A DNA stretch of 63,994 nt, counting the filler, from Octopus bimaculoides (Eukaryota): assembly GCF_001194135.2 (NCBI RefSeq). It is 5 parts of 5 records of this genome, joined end to end, with 100 filler letters (N's around TTAATTAATTAA, not from the genome) between each part and the next. Parts side by side here need not be neighbours in the genome. Positions count along the whole stretch, not along the records: positions 1 to 24,748 come from NC_068981.1; positions 24,849 to 39,216 come from NC_068987.1; 3 more parts are not named here. The stretch is one strand, 5' to 3'. How positions within the stretch are numbered: position 1 is the first letter of the stretch; every line of letters starts with the position of its first letter. Positions 12,657-25,508 of the stretch are shown here, one piece after another. The notes under the pieces are model-generated. The model was not told the DNA's origin. It searched no databases and worked only from the letters and a program-made list of their open reading frames with translations. Made by a program: the position numbers and the translations under genes.

Positions 12657-14069
12657 GATCCTACCTTGATTATACCAAGTAACTTTAATAAAGCCAGTAC
12701 TTGTTGGCTTCATTTCGAAATGAGAGAAGTTAATAAATTTCTCAAACTAAAAGAGAAAATTCACAGGAGGAAAGCAAAAGCAAACCTTGGAGAATTTAAT
12801 TTTTCTACGATCCAAGACATCAATTTCTATTATATTTCAAGCATCCCTTCCTCTTCCAGATAATCTCTGTCTATTATTTTCTCTCTTTATGAGTTTTCAG
12901 TCATATCCACAATATTTACAATGTTTCGGAATAAACTACGTTATTTTCAGAAAAAGGTTAAATCTTTTAAATTCTACATCATATATAAAAATCAACAAGA
13001 TTGCACAGTTTGTGTGTGTCAATGTGCGTATATATATATNNNNNNNNNNTCTATGAATGAAACGTTGACAGAGACTTCGAAGTTTCAACGTACTCAACTT
13101 CTCAGACTGTTTTACTTAAATATATTTTTGCTTATAGAATATTTGGTAAGTTGTTTCGGAGGCGTTGGTGGAGCCAAGCGAATGATAATTAGATGTGTTT
13201 TGTGTGGAACAGACGTAGAGGAGAATATGTATTTGCAGCGTGTGAGTTGATAGGAAGTTAAGTTTAAGAGATTATTTTGGTTTGATGTAGGAAATTTGTT
13301 AGAGTTTAGTGTTCACTCAAGATTAAAAATGGAGACAAGTATGTCCAATTCAGGTAAAGACATTCTTTGCATAGGAAGTAGCTTTTTGTTGTGTTTTAGG
13401 GTTCACAAAATATCAAAAACTACCCAACAGAAGCACAATCGAACCGCAATTGGTCAGTCACTCTCAAATTTCTCTTCTAAAGAGTAATGACCAATCTTTT
13501 GCTTTTATACATAACTCGATATAAGAACAAATATTGATAAGTGCATTCATGTATACATATCGATGTGGATGAATGCATGTATTATGTAGATTGGTGGGTA
13601 CATAGACAGGAACGTAGGTATGTATATAGATATGTTGGTAGGTATATAATGATCAGACCCACAATATGTTTTGCAACTTCAACGATACAAAAGAAGGAGA
13701 AAGAGAAATCTCGAACAGCAAGCAACTTCGACGTAAATACTGGAGTTGCTTTACATAGAAAGTGAATTTCTAAGGAATGGTGTCTTGGTGAATGCTTCTC
13801 TACGAAACTGATAAGATAGAACGTTAAGAAAACAATCATGGAAGTTTGAGTGTATATGAATATCAAATAACCTCAACGGTGCAATATGTTTATATTTAAA
13901 TACTTGTTGGGAGAATGAAATTTGTCTGACGGTCGACTTTCTCGACTATTCACAGGTGAGGAAGATTATTTGATGGAATCATTATTTCTCCAAATTATTC
14001 ATAAGCAATAACTGCAAACATTATTTGTCAAGTTAGTCTAATCATCTCCCTGTTCGATATATTCCTTTA

Positions 14070-14277
14070 TTCTTATATTCGTTTCAGTCATTTGACTGCG
14101 GCCATGCTGGAGCATCGCTTGTAGTCGAACAAATCGACCCCAGGACATATTCTTTGTAAGCCTAGTACTTATTCTATCGGTCTCTTCGCCGAACCGCTAA
14201 TTTAAGGGGGCGTAAACACACCAACATCAGTGGCCAAACGACATACAAATACATACACAGAGATACAAATACATACA

Positions 14278-14309
<32 letters not shown>

Positions 14310-14497
14310 CACACACACATATATATATATATACGATGGAATTCTTTCAGCTTCCGTCTACCAAATCCACTCACAAGGCTTTGGTCGCTCCGCGGCTATA
14401 GTAGAAGATACTTGCCCAAGGTGTCATGCAGTGGGACTGAACCCACAACCATGTGGTTGAGAAGTGAGCTTCTTACCACACAGCCACTCCTGCGCGT
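14070..14497 (-). mobile_element. SINE family B, full length
   Basis: Head gcgcaggagtggctgtgtggtaag on the minus strand, ccttgggcaag motif, internal (TACA)n tract. Confidence 0.9.
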
Positions 14498-14540
14498 ATG
14501 TGGTTAAGAATGTTTTTAAAACATCCAGTATGAGATTTAA

Positions 14541-14609
<69 letters not shown>

Positions 14610-14610
14610 T

Positions 14611-15181
14611 GACACGATAATGTGGCCAGATATGTCCACTGACTGTTGTGCGGTAAAGCAAACCTCGAGAGAGCTGAACAATGGTATGAGTACAAGCCAG
14701 AGTGAGTAATGGAAAACGAACATTACAAAATACTCTGGGAATTTAACATTCAGTGAGACCAAGTCATGGAGGCGAGACGACCATAAGTATCTTGATCATC
14801 CAGAAATATTAAAAAGAAGTAAAGATAATAGATGTTGCAATACCAGGCGATACGAGGGTGAAACGTAAGGAAACAGAAAAGATTGAGAAATACCAGCCAC
14901 ACCGGGACAAGATAGGAAAGTTATGGGGCAATGGGAGAGTAATGGTGATACTGGTGGTAATTGAAGCACTGGGAGCAGTTTTCAAGGGCTTTGAAAAACA
15001 TATTCAGAATATTGGAGCTGCTGTCAGGCTCGAATTGATCCAGAAGACAGCATTGTTGGGTACAGCTTGCATTCTAACGACAGTATTGTCTCTTTGAGTC
15101 ACTGGAGACCTTTGGTAATTTGTTATTGCCTGCTTTCAAGTAAAGAATAACAGGTAATTAAGAACTATCCGAGAGTCTCTC

Positions 15182-15234
<53 letters not shown>
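14611..15234 (+). mobile_element. 5'-truncated R4/Dong-like LINE embedded in (TAA)n
   Basis: HDNVARYVH*LLC..WYEYKPE..KILWEFNIQ..IIDVAIPGDTRVKRKETEKIEKY..QKTALLGTACILTTVLSL*, then a short 3'UTR and (TAA)n at 15182-15234; preceded by (AAT)n at 14541-14604. Confidence 0.88.
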
Positions 15235-15235
<1 letters not shown>

Positions 15236-15344
15236 TAGGTGCTGGTTTGATAGCTTTTGAGTCAACCATGACAAGGAAAAACGGACAAATATTTAAAAAT
15301 ACGTATAACGTACGCGCGCGCGCGCAGGCACAATGTACATATAA

Positions 15345-15540
15345 ATGCAGTTCTCATGGAGATTCAGAATGACACGCATTGTGACAAGGCAGGTCCTTTG
15401 AATTACAGACGCAACTCATTTTCGCCAGCTGAGCAGATTGGAGAACCGTGAAATAAAGTGTCTTGCTCAAGGACACAACACGTCACCGGGAATCGAACGG
15501 CAGTAAGCCGTGTTCTTTAACCACCTTGTCACCGCCTTCA
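15345..15540 (-). mobile_element. SINE family C-related copy
   Basis: Reverse complement: B-box GTTCGATTCC, ccttgagcaag, tgtaattcaaaggacctgccttgtcaca..gaatctccatgagaac. Confidence 0.7.
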
Positions 15541-15547
15541 CAATAAT

Positions 15548-15600
<53 letters not shown>

Positions 15601-15610
15601 CATACATACA

Positions 15611-15642
<32 letters not shown>

Positions 15643-16738
15643 CATATATATATATATACATATATTTAGACATATATAGANNNNNNNNNNNNNNNNNNNN
15701 NNNNNNNNNNNNNNNNNNNNNNNNNNNNNNNNNNNNNNNNNNNNNNNNNNNNNNNNNNNNNNNNNNNNNNNNNNNNNNNNNNNNNNNNNNNNNNNNNNNN
15801 NNNNNNNNNNNNNNNNNNNNNNNNNNNNNNNNNNNNNNNNNNNNNTATGTATATATATATATATGTATATACATGTATTTATGTATGTATGTATGTATGT
15901 ACGTATGTACACTCAGACATACATAGACTGATATGAAACTTTAAACATACACACCTATGTACACACACGCCATTAATTAGATGTCTTTCGCTTCTCATTT
16001 CTCTCCCCAAAATCTGACATTACTTTTCAATTCCTTACCAAAATAAAAGATACTTATTACATTTTTATAGGTTGTTTCCAAAAATTTCATTTTCTCACTC
16101 ATTCTCCCTCTCTCTTTTTCCCTTCCTCTCTACTCTTCTCTCTTGTCTCCTCGCTCTTTCTCTCTGAATTTGCTGTTATTTTCTTATCTTGGAACTGATC
16201 TGTAAAAATTTGAAAATACGTAATAAAAACAATCGTCATAGAAATATAAAAATATATAAATATCAATATAAAAATAAGAAAAAAAAATGTGAATCGTCAA
16301 GTGATATTCTATTACGACCGATATGTAAAGTATAAATAAAAATCAGAAAATACAATTCTATTTATTACATTTTATATATATGTGAAATATGTTAAATCTT
16401 ATCGTGTCTCTTCCTTTGAACTACCTTAGTCTCAGCTTTACAACCTTTCCCCCACCCACCTCCTCTCTCTATCTCTTTCCTAATACCTTTAGTTCGCCCC
16501 AGCCCCCACGCCATCTCATTCTCACACTACTTCTTCTTGCACTTTTAACCTTCATCATCATCATCATCATCACCATCAACATCGTCATTAGATATTTATT
16601 ATTATTGCTTTCTTTAAATGTTGATCGCAGAGTAATGGTTCAACCAAGCTTGGAATATCTCCTTTAACTATTTTTATGGCCATTGTCTTATTATTATTAT
16701 TATTATCATCATTATCATCATCATCATCATCATCATCA

Positions 16739-16824
<86 letters not shown>

Positions 16825-17588
16825 NNNNNNNNNNNNNNNNNNNNNNNNNNNNNNNNNNNNNNNNNNNNNNNNNNNNNNNNNNNNNNNNNNNNNNNNNNNN
16901 NNNNNNNNNNNNNNNNNNNNNNNNNNNNNNNNNNNNNNNNNNNNNNNNNNNNNNNNNNNNNNNNNNNNNNNNNNNNNNNNNNNNNNNNNNNNNNNNNNNN
17001 NNNNNNNNNNNNNNNNNNNNNNNNNNNNNNNNNNNNNNNNNNNNNNNNNNNNNNNNNNNNNNNNNNNNNNNNNNNNNNNNNNNNNNNNNNNNNNNNNNNN
17101 NNNNNNNNNNNNNNNNNNNNNNNNNNNNNNNNNNNNNNNNNNNNNNNNNNNNNNNNNNNNNNNNNNNNNNNNNNNNNNNNNNNNNNNNNNNNNNNNNNNN
17201 NNNNNNNNNNNNNNNNNNNNNNNNNNNNNNNNNNNNNNNNNNNNNNNNNNNNNNNNNNNNNNNNNNNNNNNNNNNNNNNNNNNNNNNNNNNNNNNNNNNN
17301 NNNNNNNNNNNNNNNNNNNNNNNNNNNNNNNNNNNNNNNNNNNNNNNNNNNNNNNNNNNNNNNNNNNNNNNNNNNNNNNNNNNNNNNNNNNNNNNNNNNN
17401 NNNNNNNNNNNNNNNNNNNNNNNNNNNNNNNNNNNNNNNNNNNNNNNNNNNNNNNNNNNNNNNNNNNNNNNNNNNNNNNNNNNNNNNNNNNNNNNNNNNN
17501 NNNNNNNNNNNNNNNNNNNNNNNNNNNNNNNNNNNNNNNNNNNNNNNNNNNNNNNNNNNNNNNNNNNNNNNNNNNNNNNNNNNNNNNN

Positions 17589-17847
17589 CAGGGGATGGTG
17601 GCGAACCTTGTTGCACTCTTTCACCACAACTTTCTCTCACTCTTTCTTCCTGTTTCTGTTGTGCCTGTAATTCAAAGAGTCAGCCTTGTCACACTGTGTC
17701 ACGCTGAATATCCCCGAGAACTACGTTAAGGGTACACGTGTCTGTGGAGTGCTCAGCCACTTGCACGTTAATTTCACGCGCAGGCTGTTTCGTTGATCGG
17801 ATCAACTAGAACCCTCGACGTCGTAAGCGACGGAGTGCCAACAACAT
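17589..17847 (+). mobile_element. SINE family C, 3' part
   Basis: tgtaattcaaagagtcagccttgtcaca..gtcgtaagcgacggagtgcc. Confidence 0.75.
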
Positions 17848-18210
17848 ATATAAAAGATTATTTTAAGACTCTATTTTCTTTTATTTCTCAGATATGGCGA
17901 TGGAATGTAGATTCTTTAGAGTGGTGGTGGGCAAAATATCTTCTATTGATTGTATTGTTCTGCGTTCAATTCCTGGTGAAGATGACTTCAATTTATATCT
18001 TTCCCGTGTTTATAAGATATCACTGAAATACTGGGAATTATTCAAAGAAAATACAAGGCAAACTTCTTTTACTGCGGAAGCAGTGGTTAATGCAGAACTT
18101 TCTGTTCTATAGGATGCCAAAAGTGTAAAGAACTCAGCGCTACCATCATCACTACAATCACTACAACATCAACAACAAAATTACCACTTTATTAAAAGGA
18201 ACATCTACAT

Positions 18211-18476
18211 CGGTGGTTCTCAATCGGAGTTAGTATGACCCATGGAAGGTCCATAGAGGATTTTGTTGTTAAAATTTATGTTTAATAAAATTGGTTATAC
18301 TTTTACAATTCACAAAATATTTCAACAATTTTAGAATACAATTCCTAATATATTCAATGATAAAAATGTAATAGGATTTTATTTAAAGATCAAATGATTC
18401 CGAGGGTCCAGTAGAGTAAAAATAAAAAAGGGAACCAAAGGAGTTACGTGGACCAAAAAATGATTGAAAACTTCTG
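18211..18476. mobile_element. hAT (Charlie-like) MITE
   Basis: TIRs CGGTGGTTCTCAATC / GATTGAAAACTTCTG; 8-bp TSD ATCTACAT (18203-18210) versus ATCGACAT (18477-18484). Confidence 0.8.
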
Positions 18477-18759
18477 ATCGACATGAACAACAAACTGCAA
18501 CAAAGGCAAGTTGCCATTTATTTTCTAAAATACTTTCAGAAATATATAAACCTCAAAACAACGACTACAACATTAATATCAGCTTTTGAAAGAACCTCTA
18601 TGTAACCGAACCGCTTTCGAGAAAAAGCAGCTAAATTTCCTTAAATCAAACTGCACCTTCATGAAATTATAAATGGCGGACATATCGGACGTCGTAGTCG
18701 CACATATACAATAAGATAGTTTGATTTCTATCAGAATGCATATGATCATATCTTAAGAT

Positions 18760-18930
18760 GAGCCGAGCTGGCAGAATCGGCAGCAAACCAACCAAAAACC
18801 TTAGCAGCGTTTCATGTCATTACGTTTTGAGTTCGATGTTGATAAAATATGTAGCACAAGAGTACTGAGGTCGATTTCGTGGACTCACTTCCTCCTTCCG
18901 AAATTGCTAGTCTTGTGACCTTGAAATCAA
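18760..18930 (+). mobile_element. SINE family A, internally deleted
   Basis: GAGCTGGCAGAATCGG head, ttacgttttgagttc, ctgaggtcgattt. Confidence 0.6.
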
Positions 18931-18972
18931 TATGAAGTGATCTAAATGTAAATCCTCAGCAGATAGATAGAT

Positions 18973-19687
18973 ATGTTTCTTTATTGGCCACACAGGGCTG
19001 AACACAGAGGGGGAAAAACACAAAGTAGAGCTTTTCTTTTTGGGAAGAAAAGAAAAGAAGGGGGGGGGGTAAGATTTCGATCAAAAGGGATTGTGGAAAA
19101 AAAGGGGGGAAGCTGATCAAGAGGAATCGTGTATCACGGAAATGTCATTGTGTAAATGGGAAACTGATTAGGTTTATCCGTGGAAAGAAAAGCCTACAGA
19201 AAAGNNNNNNNNNNNNNNNNNNNNNNNNNNNNNNNNNNNNNNNNNNNNNNNNNNNNNNNNNNNNNNNNNNNNNNNNNNNNNNNNNNNNNNNNNNNNNNNN
19301 NNNNNNNNNNNNNNNNNNNNNNNNNNNNNNNNNNNNNNNNNNNNNNNNNNNNNNNNNNNNNNNNNNNNNNNNNNNNNNNNNNNNNNNNNNNNNNNNNNNN
19401 NNCCACCATACACATTCTTTCGCCAGAGCGGTTTCGTCGCTCTGACCACATCTCGGGCAGGTCGGCCCCGTGTTTCTCGAGCCATGCCTGTAGAGCTTAT
19501 CCCGAACGGGTAGCGCCTCTCGGTAACACTGCCAGGCCAGGGATCTCTGGAAGTTGTCCATAGGTCCCGGTCCGAAAGTCGTCTTAAACAGGCGGGTCAG
19601 GTATTCCTCGTCGACGCCCAGGTTCGCTCCGAGGTCGTCATCGTACTTCCCCTCCACTAATCCCCTACAGAATGCATTGGCAGTGTT
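18973..19687 (-). mobile_element. 5'-truncated L1/Tx1-clade LINE (ORF2 C-terminal Zn-binding region plus 3'UTR)
   Basis: SLAWQCYREALPVRDKLYRHG..PTCPRCGQSDETAL (zf-RVT-like), internal deletion to AKECVWW, pyrimidine-rich 3'UTR ending AATAAAGAAACAT; (GATA)n on both flanks. Confidence 0.85.
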
Positions 19688-19720
<33 letters not shown>

Positions 19721-21025
19721 GCAGGCAGAGAGACAGACAGAGCTAGAAAGATCGAAATTATAATCAACCCAATGTGACTAACAGACAAATGAGATAGAAA
19801 ACCAGAGTAAATGTATTGTCTAGAAACTCAATTTGTTAATTAGTAGGAACTGTTCATGTAAATTTTAACAACAGACGAAACGAACCAGAACAAAACAAGG
19901 TAATATATAACATAGGCTCTAAAAACAAACAAAAACATTTAAAAAAACACTATGAAGAAATAACAGTTTTATTAAACAATGGCGATATACACTTTTATTA
20001 AAATACTACAGAAGGATTTAAAGCGGAGCCTTTGTTCTATGAAATATCGATAAATCAACAAAAATTGATAGAAATTCTGTTTGATGTTGTTGTTATTGCT
20101 GCTTGGATAATTGCACAAATTAGTTTGCAGATTCTATTATCATATTATATTGTTTAAAATTTAAAACAAATCTCATATACTGAAATAAAATATTTCTAAA
20201 ATTCAAATTAAATTATAGTATTTTTGTGTGTGTATGTACGTGTATGCGTATATGTACGTGTATGCGTATATGTGCGTGTATGCTTATGCGTGGATGCTTG
20301 TATATGGATGTGTGTGCGTATGCAAGTGTTTGATTTTAGGTATTTCTTCATATTTTTTTCCATCTCGTTTCTTTCTATTTCTCGCTTTCCTCTAAAAGCA
20401 TTCGTAGATATCAATAAATATTGTAGATAGATATTTAATGTGGCATCAAAGACAGAATGTAATAACACCATAATGCGGCAGATCATTTCGATTGTAGAGG
20501 CAACTTGAATATTTGAATGACTGATAAAATGAAGAAATAAGAATCAAATAAAAAGAACAATAAAAAAAAGTAAAACAATAGAGAAATATTGTAATCAGTG
20601 ATAGAACGAGATTAATTTTCTTCTTATTTGAATCTCTTTTCTTTCGCCATCTTACAACATTCTATTCCAAATCGTCTCTCTTTTTCTGTTATTCTCTTCA
20701 AAGTATACGGATGTATCTTATCATTGCTACAGGCGCCATTGTGAACAACATTATCTACCACCTTATTTATTCATAGCAATGACGTCGTCTAACAAACCAG
20801 CAAGGAGATTCTAAGTGCTTATTTGACCTCTTAGAATTACCTCTTAAATCTTCCTCACATCACAGTGTTTAAGAAATGAACACATTAGATAACGTGGCCC
20901 TGGCTTCCTTATACATAGGGAAAATATGGAACGCTGGCGGCTGGATTCCATGTGGTCATGGGTTGGCCTGATGAGGACTTCCTTCTAGTTATCAAGCAAC
21001 AACAGCAACTATGCGATATATGTGT

Positions 21026-21225
21026 TATTTCTTTACTACCCACAAGGGGCTACACACAGAGGGGACAAACAAGGACAGACAAACATGGATTAAGTCGATT
21101 ATATCGACCCCAGTGCGGAACTGGTACTTATTTAATCGACCCCGAAAGGATGAAGGGCAAAGTCGACCTCGGCGGAATTTGAACTCAGAACGTAGCGGCA
21201 GACGAAATACGGCTAAGCATTTCGC
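21026..21225 (-). mobile_element. SINE family A with Tx1-like 3' tail (head lost in gap)
   Basis: Body near-identical to 1144-1385; tail tttgtcccctctgtgtgtagccccttgtgggtagtaaagaaata. Confidence 0.88.
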
Positions 21226-21361
21226 NNNNNNNNNNNNNNNNNNNNNNNNNNNNNNNNNNNNNNNNNNNNNNNNNNNNNNNNNNNNNNNNNNNNNNNNNNN
21301 NNNNNNNNNNNNNNNNNNNNNNNNNNNNNNNNNNNNNNNNNNNNNNNNNNNNNNNNNNNNN

Positions 21362-21631
21362 NGTGCACATTTGTATGTTTTATGGATGTATTCTCATGCA
21401 TATAGCTACATATCTAGACATACTCATATATATTTAAATGATAAACTTCTGGAAAGTTTTACAGAATTTTACAGTTCCAGTGATGGATTGGATCTGTAAT
21501 CTTCGAATTAGCTTTCTCTTTTCTGATTTTGAGAAGCCTAATTTCTCAAGATTGGTATTTAGGCAGCGTGTTACATATCCCAGGGCCTCAGTAATTACAG
21601 GTATAAACCTGAACTTGTAATCTGGATAGAG
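21362..21631 (-). mobile_element. 3' end of an RLE-type LINE (distinct family)
   Basis: Open frame 21631-21434: LYPDYKFRFIPVITEALGYVTRCLNTNLEKLGFSKSEKRKLIRRLQIQSITGTVKFCKTFQKFII*, resembling the RLE C-terminus (PV+IGALG..GT.KI). Confidence 0.75.
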
Positions 21632-23683
21632 TATGTATGTATGTATGTATGTATGTATACTGTATACTGTTGATAAGGATCAGCAAAATGGTACTCAGTC
21701 TGTACGAAATCAGTTATATGTAAGCTACATCAAGTTTCATGTTCGGGTAATGCAATAATCGAACAGGTTTGTATAATGTACCATGCACGATCTGGCATGG
21801 TACACAGGCACACAAGCTCAAATTTTTCGTGAAGAAATGCGAGAGGAAAATAAATAGAAGAATCAAAACAAAAGCGAAAAGAAAACGTTAAGGGGATAAG
21901 AAAATAATGGTTATGTCCCTTTAATTTGTTCTTTGAAGAATTTTGTTATTATCGAGTGTTTACATCTAAAATAACTATGCCCCGAGGAGGTCGTCAATGA
22001 GGAAAGGATAAAATGCGTTGAAAAATGAGTCCAATACAAGTGAGGGCTGGCGTCGTCTGGTTCGATGACTGAAACTTGGTGATATGTATTTTACTCTCTT
22101 TGTACATGTCTCTGGCCTGACTCCTGCACATAAGGCAGGAGAAATGCCGTGCTAATGACGCCTATTGTGGAAGAAACACTTGTCCAATACTTTCTTCTTA
22201 TCTCCAGATTATAATTATGTCCTTTTTCTTTATAGCACGTCAAGCTTTAAAAATTCCTGAATTTTGAGGTTATTTGCCATTAATGCTGGTCCAAATCGCC
22301 ATTTGATAATTGTAACACATCTTCTACAGGCGGTGATAATTAAAATAAATCAAGAACTTGTGACATATATATATATATATATATANNNNNNNNNNNNNNN
22401 NNNNNNNNNNNNNNNNNNNNNNNNNNNNNNNNNNNNNNNNNNNNNNNNNNNNNNNNNNNNNNNNNNNNNNNNNNNNNNNNNNNNNNNNNNNNNNNNNNNN
22501 NNNNNNNNNNNNNNNNNNNNNNNNNNNNNNNNNNNNNNNNNNNNNNNNNNNNNNNNNNNNNNNNNNNNNNNNNNNNNNNNNNNNNNNNNNNNNNNNNNNN
22601 NNNNNNNNNNNNNNNNNNNNNNTATATATATATATATATATGGAAAAAAAGTCAAGGCAGAAAATGCAAAAATGATTTTATAAAAACCATTTCAGTACCG
22701 GTCTCGGTCATTGAGACTTTTTCAACTGTAAGTATGGAAAACAATTAAATTTTGGAAAAATTAAATGAAAAGTTTTATTTGCATAGTATTCAAATACAAG
22801 GGGAATTTTCCTTGTTTCTGCTTGTCTGGCTATTTATTCCCAGAACAGCCCTGATCAACCATTCCATGTCTTCAGCAAACAAACGCCTGCAGTTTAAATT
22901 GTGTCGTATAGTTAGCGACAAAAACCTCCTCCCGTATCTCACACGGCCATTGATGTGGTGTTAGTTTAGTTAGGCAAGTAGTAGCCGTGTCTTGTTGAAG
23001 TGTTTAGATTGATTGTTTTGTCTTTAGTCACCGTCATGCTTTGAATTGGTACAGACTCTACGTTTGCTGTTGAAACGTTTACCACATTTTGCTCTCATCC
23101 GTACAACAGTTTAAAGATGCTACGTTGTAGTTTGAGGAAGATTATGCTACAATTTCTAGTGGAGCAGACAACTACGAAGAGAAGTCTTACGATGGCCGTT
23201 AGTCATGTGTGATATTATATACATGCAGTAAAGCGAATGCTGGTTGGTATTATTATAGATATCTTCTTTGAAGTATATCCCATCTTCGGCCACATGGTTG
23301 TCTTCCTTTGATTATGATGATATGAAAAGATTCGAGTTAATTTGACTGCTATGTCTGCCAGTAATGCTACCTCATAGATACCTTCTCGTTGACTCCATTT
23401 TGTTCATTTATCATGGCATCTGTCTCGCCTCGACACTTGCTTCTATAACAACGCATCGCAAGCAATCACTCAAATGGTCCGCATTAAAGAAATCTAAGAG
23501 ATTTATTTACTTACTATAACTTCTCTTGCTATCTAAATTTAGCCATCATAAATACAAAATTATTTATTCTACTTTTCTCTATTTATTTAACAGAAATGTC
23601 ATTAAAATGCCATGATTATTTGAAGAACGAAAAAATATAAAAATTCGTAAAAACGAAATCTCATTTACGACTGGCAAGTTTAT

Positions 23684-23721
<38 letters not shown>

Positions 23722-24002
23722 AGAGCGAGAGAGAGTGAGTGAGTGAATATGTGTGAGTGAGTGTGCGCGCGCGCACGTCCAAATCTCTTAAAAGTGCTCC
23801 TGGCCTTTTTTTTTCAGTACATAAATATATCATCGTTTCAATATTTTCCTTTTTAATAATAATGCCAAGTCAATTTTATCGTTGCTCTCCTTCAATTTTT
23901 TATTGAGCTCTTTTGAATATGTGTATTTGTATATCTGTGTACATATATATGCATGTATGTATGAGTGTATGTCTATGTATAAGTGTGTGTATATGTGTAG
24001 AC

Positions 24003-24033
<31 letters not shown>

Positions 24034-24264
24034 TTTCAGTCAAGAAGTTTCATAAATCTCAAATATAATTCCTTTGACCAGACCAAAATTTAGCTGTCAA
24101 GAAATATTGAATCGGCGCCACCATCAACATGGCCGACAAGAAAAGCGACAACTTCCATTGTTAAACAGACGAGAGTAAATTCATAAAATATAGAAAAAAA
24201 TAACATGTCGACGATTATTTTAATCTTCGCTGCATAATGTTAACTATCGGCAAAAAAGTTTTAA

Positions 24265-24297
<33 letters not shown>

Positions 24298-24748
24298 GGT
24301 GGTTTCCATAGTGTTTAAAGGGTGCAGAGGGAGGGGTGTGTGGAAACATTAGAAGGAAAGATTGAAATGTATGTGGTGTCTAGATAAAGGGAAGATGAGC
24401 TAAAAGTATACACAGTAAACAAATCTGTGAATATGGATGATGCAGTCATCCTGGAACACGAGAACCTCTGACTATGGCCCAATCATAAACACCTCACAGA
24501 TTCCGGATCATCCTGACCATCAGGGGCACAATTCGTCGCACAACACTTTTCCAGTCTACAAGCGTATGCTTGGAGTAGTTCCATGCACCTAACTATTTTT
24601 GTCCTCATTCATCAGCTTTTTCACAAATTCGTAGGGGTACGGTATTTTCTTCTCCACCCTCGTTGAAAAAGTCGATGAGGGCTTGACCGAATTTAATTTC
24701 AATATTAAATTCATGTTTGATTCACTAGACTGTTGATTAACAGCCCAG

Positions 24749-24848
24749 NNNNNNNNNNNNNNNNNNNNNNNNNNNNNNNNNNNNNNNNNNNNTTAATTAA
24801 TTAANNNNNNNNNNNNNNNNNNNNNNNNNNNNNNNNNNNNNNNNNNNN
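24749..24848. other. Assembly spacer: 44 N + TTAATTAATTAA + 44 N
   Basis: Exactly 100 bp; the identical layout occurs at three other sites. Confidence 0.9.
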
Positions 24849-25017
24849 TATAACATACAGAAAATTGCACTACTGGTTACTGCACACATTCTACGCAAAA
24901 CACTTTCAATACAGTAAACATAAGAGCACCACAGCAAACCACAGTACATACCCAAGGCGCACAGAGCTGCGCTCGGTAATGAAGTGAAAGCACGTTATAA
25001 AATTAAAACTACTGAAC

Positions 25018-25066
<49 letters not shown>
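24849..25066 (+). mobile_element. 3' end of an R4/Dong-like LINE with (AAT)n tail
   Basis: YNIQKIALLVTAHILRKTLSIQ* plus 3'UTR plus (AAT)n; near-identical to 1-170. Confidence 0.85.
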
Positions 25067-25067
<1 letters not shown>

Positions 25068-25093
25068 GAAGAAGAAGAAGAAGAAGAAGAAGA

Positions 25094-25133
<40 letters not shown>

Positions 25134-25151
25134 GGATAAGAGGAAGACGAA

Positions 25152-25300
25152 GAAATGCTTTCAGGAAAACCTTGATACGTTTGGAATCTGTCCTAACATT
25201 ACGACTTTGTGAAAGATAGCACTTTGGGGAAGAGTAAATATCCTGCGGAAACTACTATCTATCTGATGTTACAAAACGTGATTGGCAGGTTATTAAACGA
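25152..25300 (+). mobile_element. Short R4/Dong-like 3' remnant
   Basis: KCFQENLDTFGICPNITTL*KIALWGRVNILRKLLSI* matches the QK.ALLGT..ILRK.LS terminus. Confidence 0.6.
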
Positions 25301-25413
25301 TCCAATGTTAACAAGATTATCACTGTGCAAATGAAGGAATAATAGTAATGTAAACAACATTTTTGGATCTTATGTTTGATACATGTGACTCACGCTGTAG
25401 AGCAAAAAGTAAA

Positions 25414-25416
<3 letters not shown>

Positions 25417-25505
<89 letters not shown>
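25417..25505. repeat. (GA)n microsatellite
   Basis: Directly visible. Confidence 0.97.

Positions 25506-25508
<3 letters not shown>

Noticed and set aside
13541-13600. IDVDEC resembling a calcium-binding EGF start
   Set aside because: No further cysteines or splice sites; it lies in low-complexity TG/TA-rich sequence.
21777-21804. 10-bp perfect hairpin (TGTACCATGC/GCATGGTACA)
   Set aside because: Too short to be significant in 64 kb; it lacks the CTRR terminus expected of a Helitron end.
22850-23250. RLFAED resembling an RT xADD motif on the minus strand
   Set aside because: Surrounding RT motifs could not be recovered; possibly an ancient LINE but not supportable.
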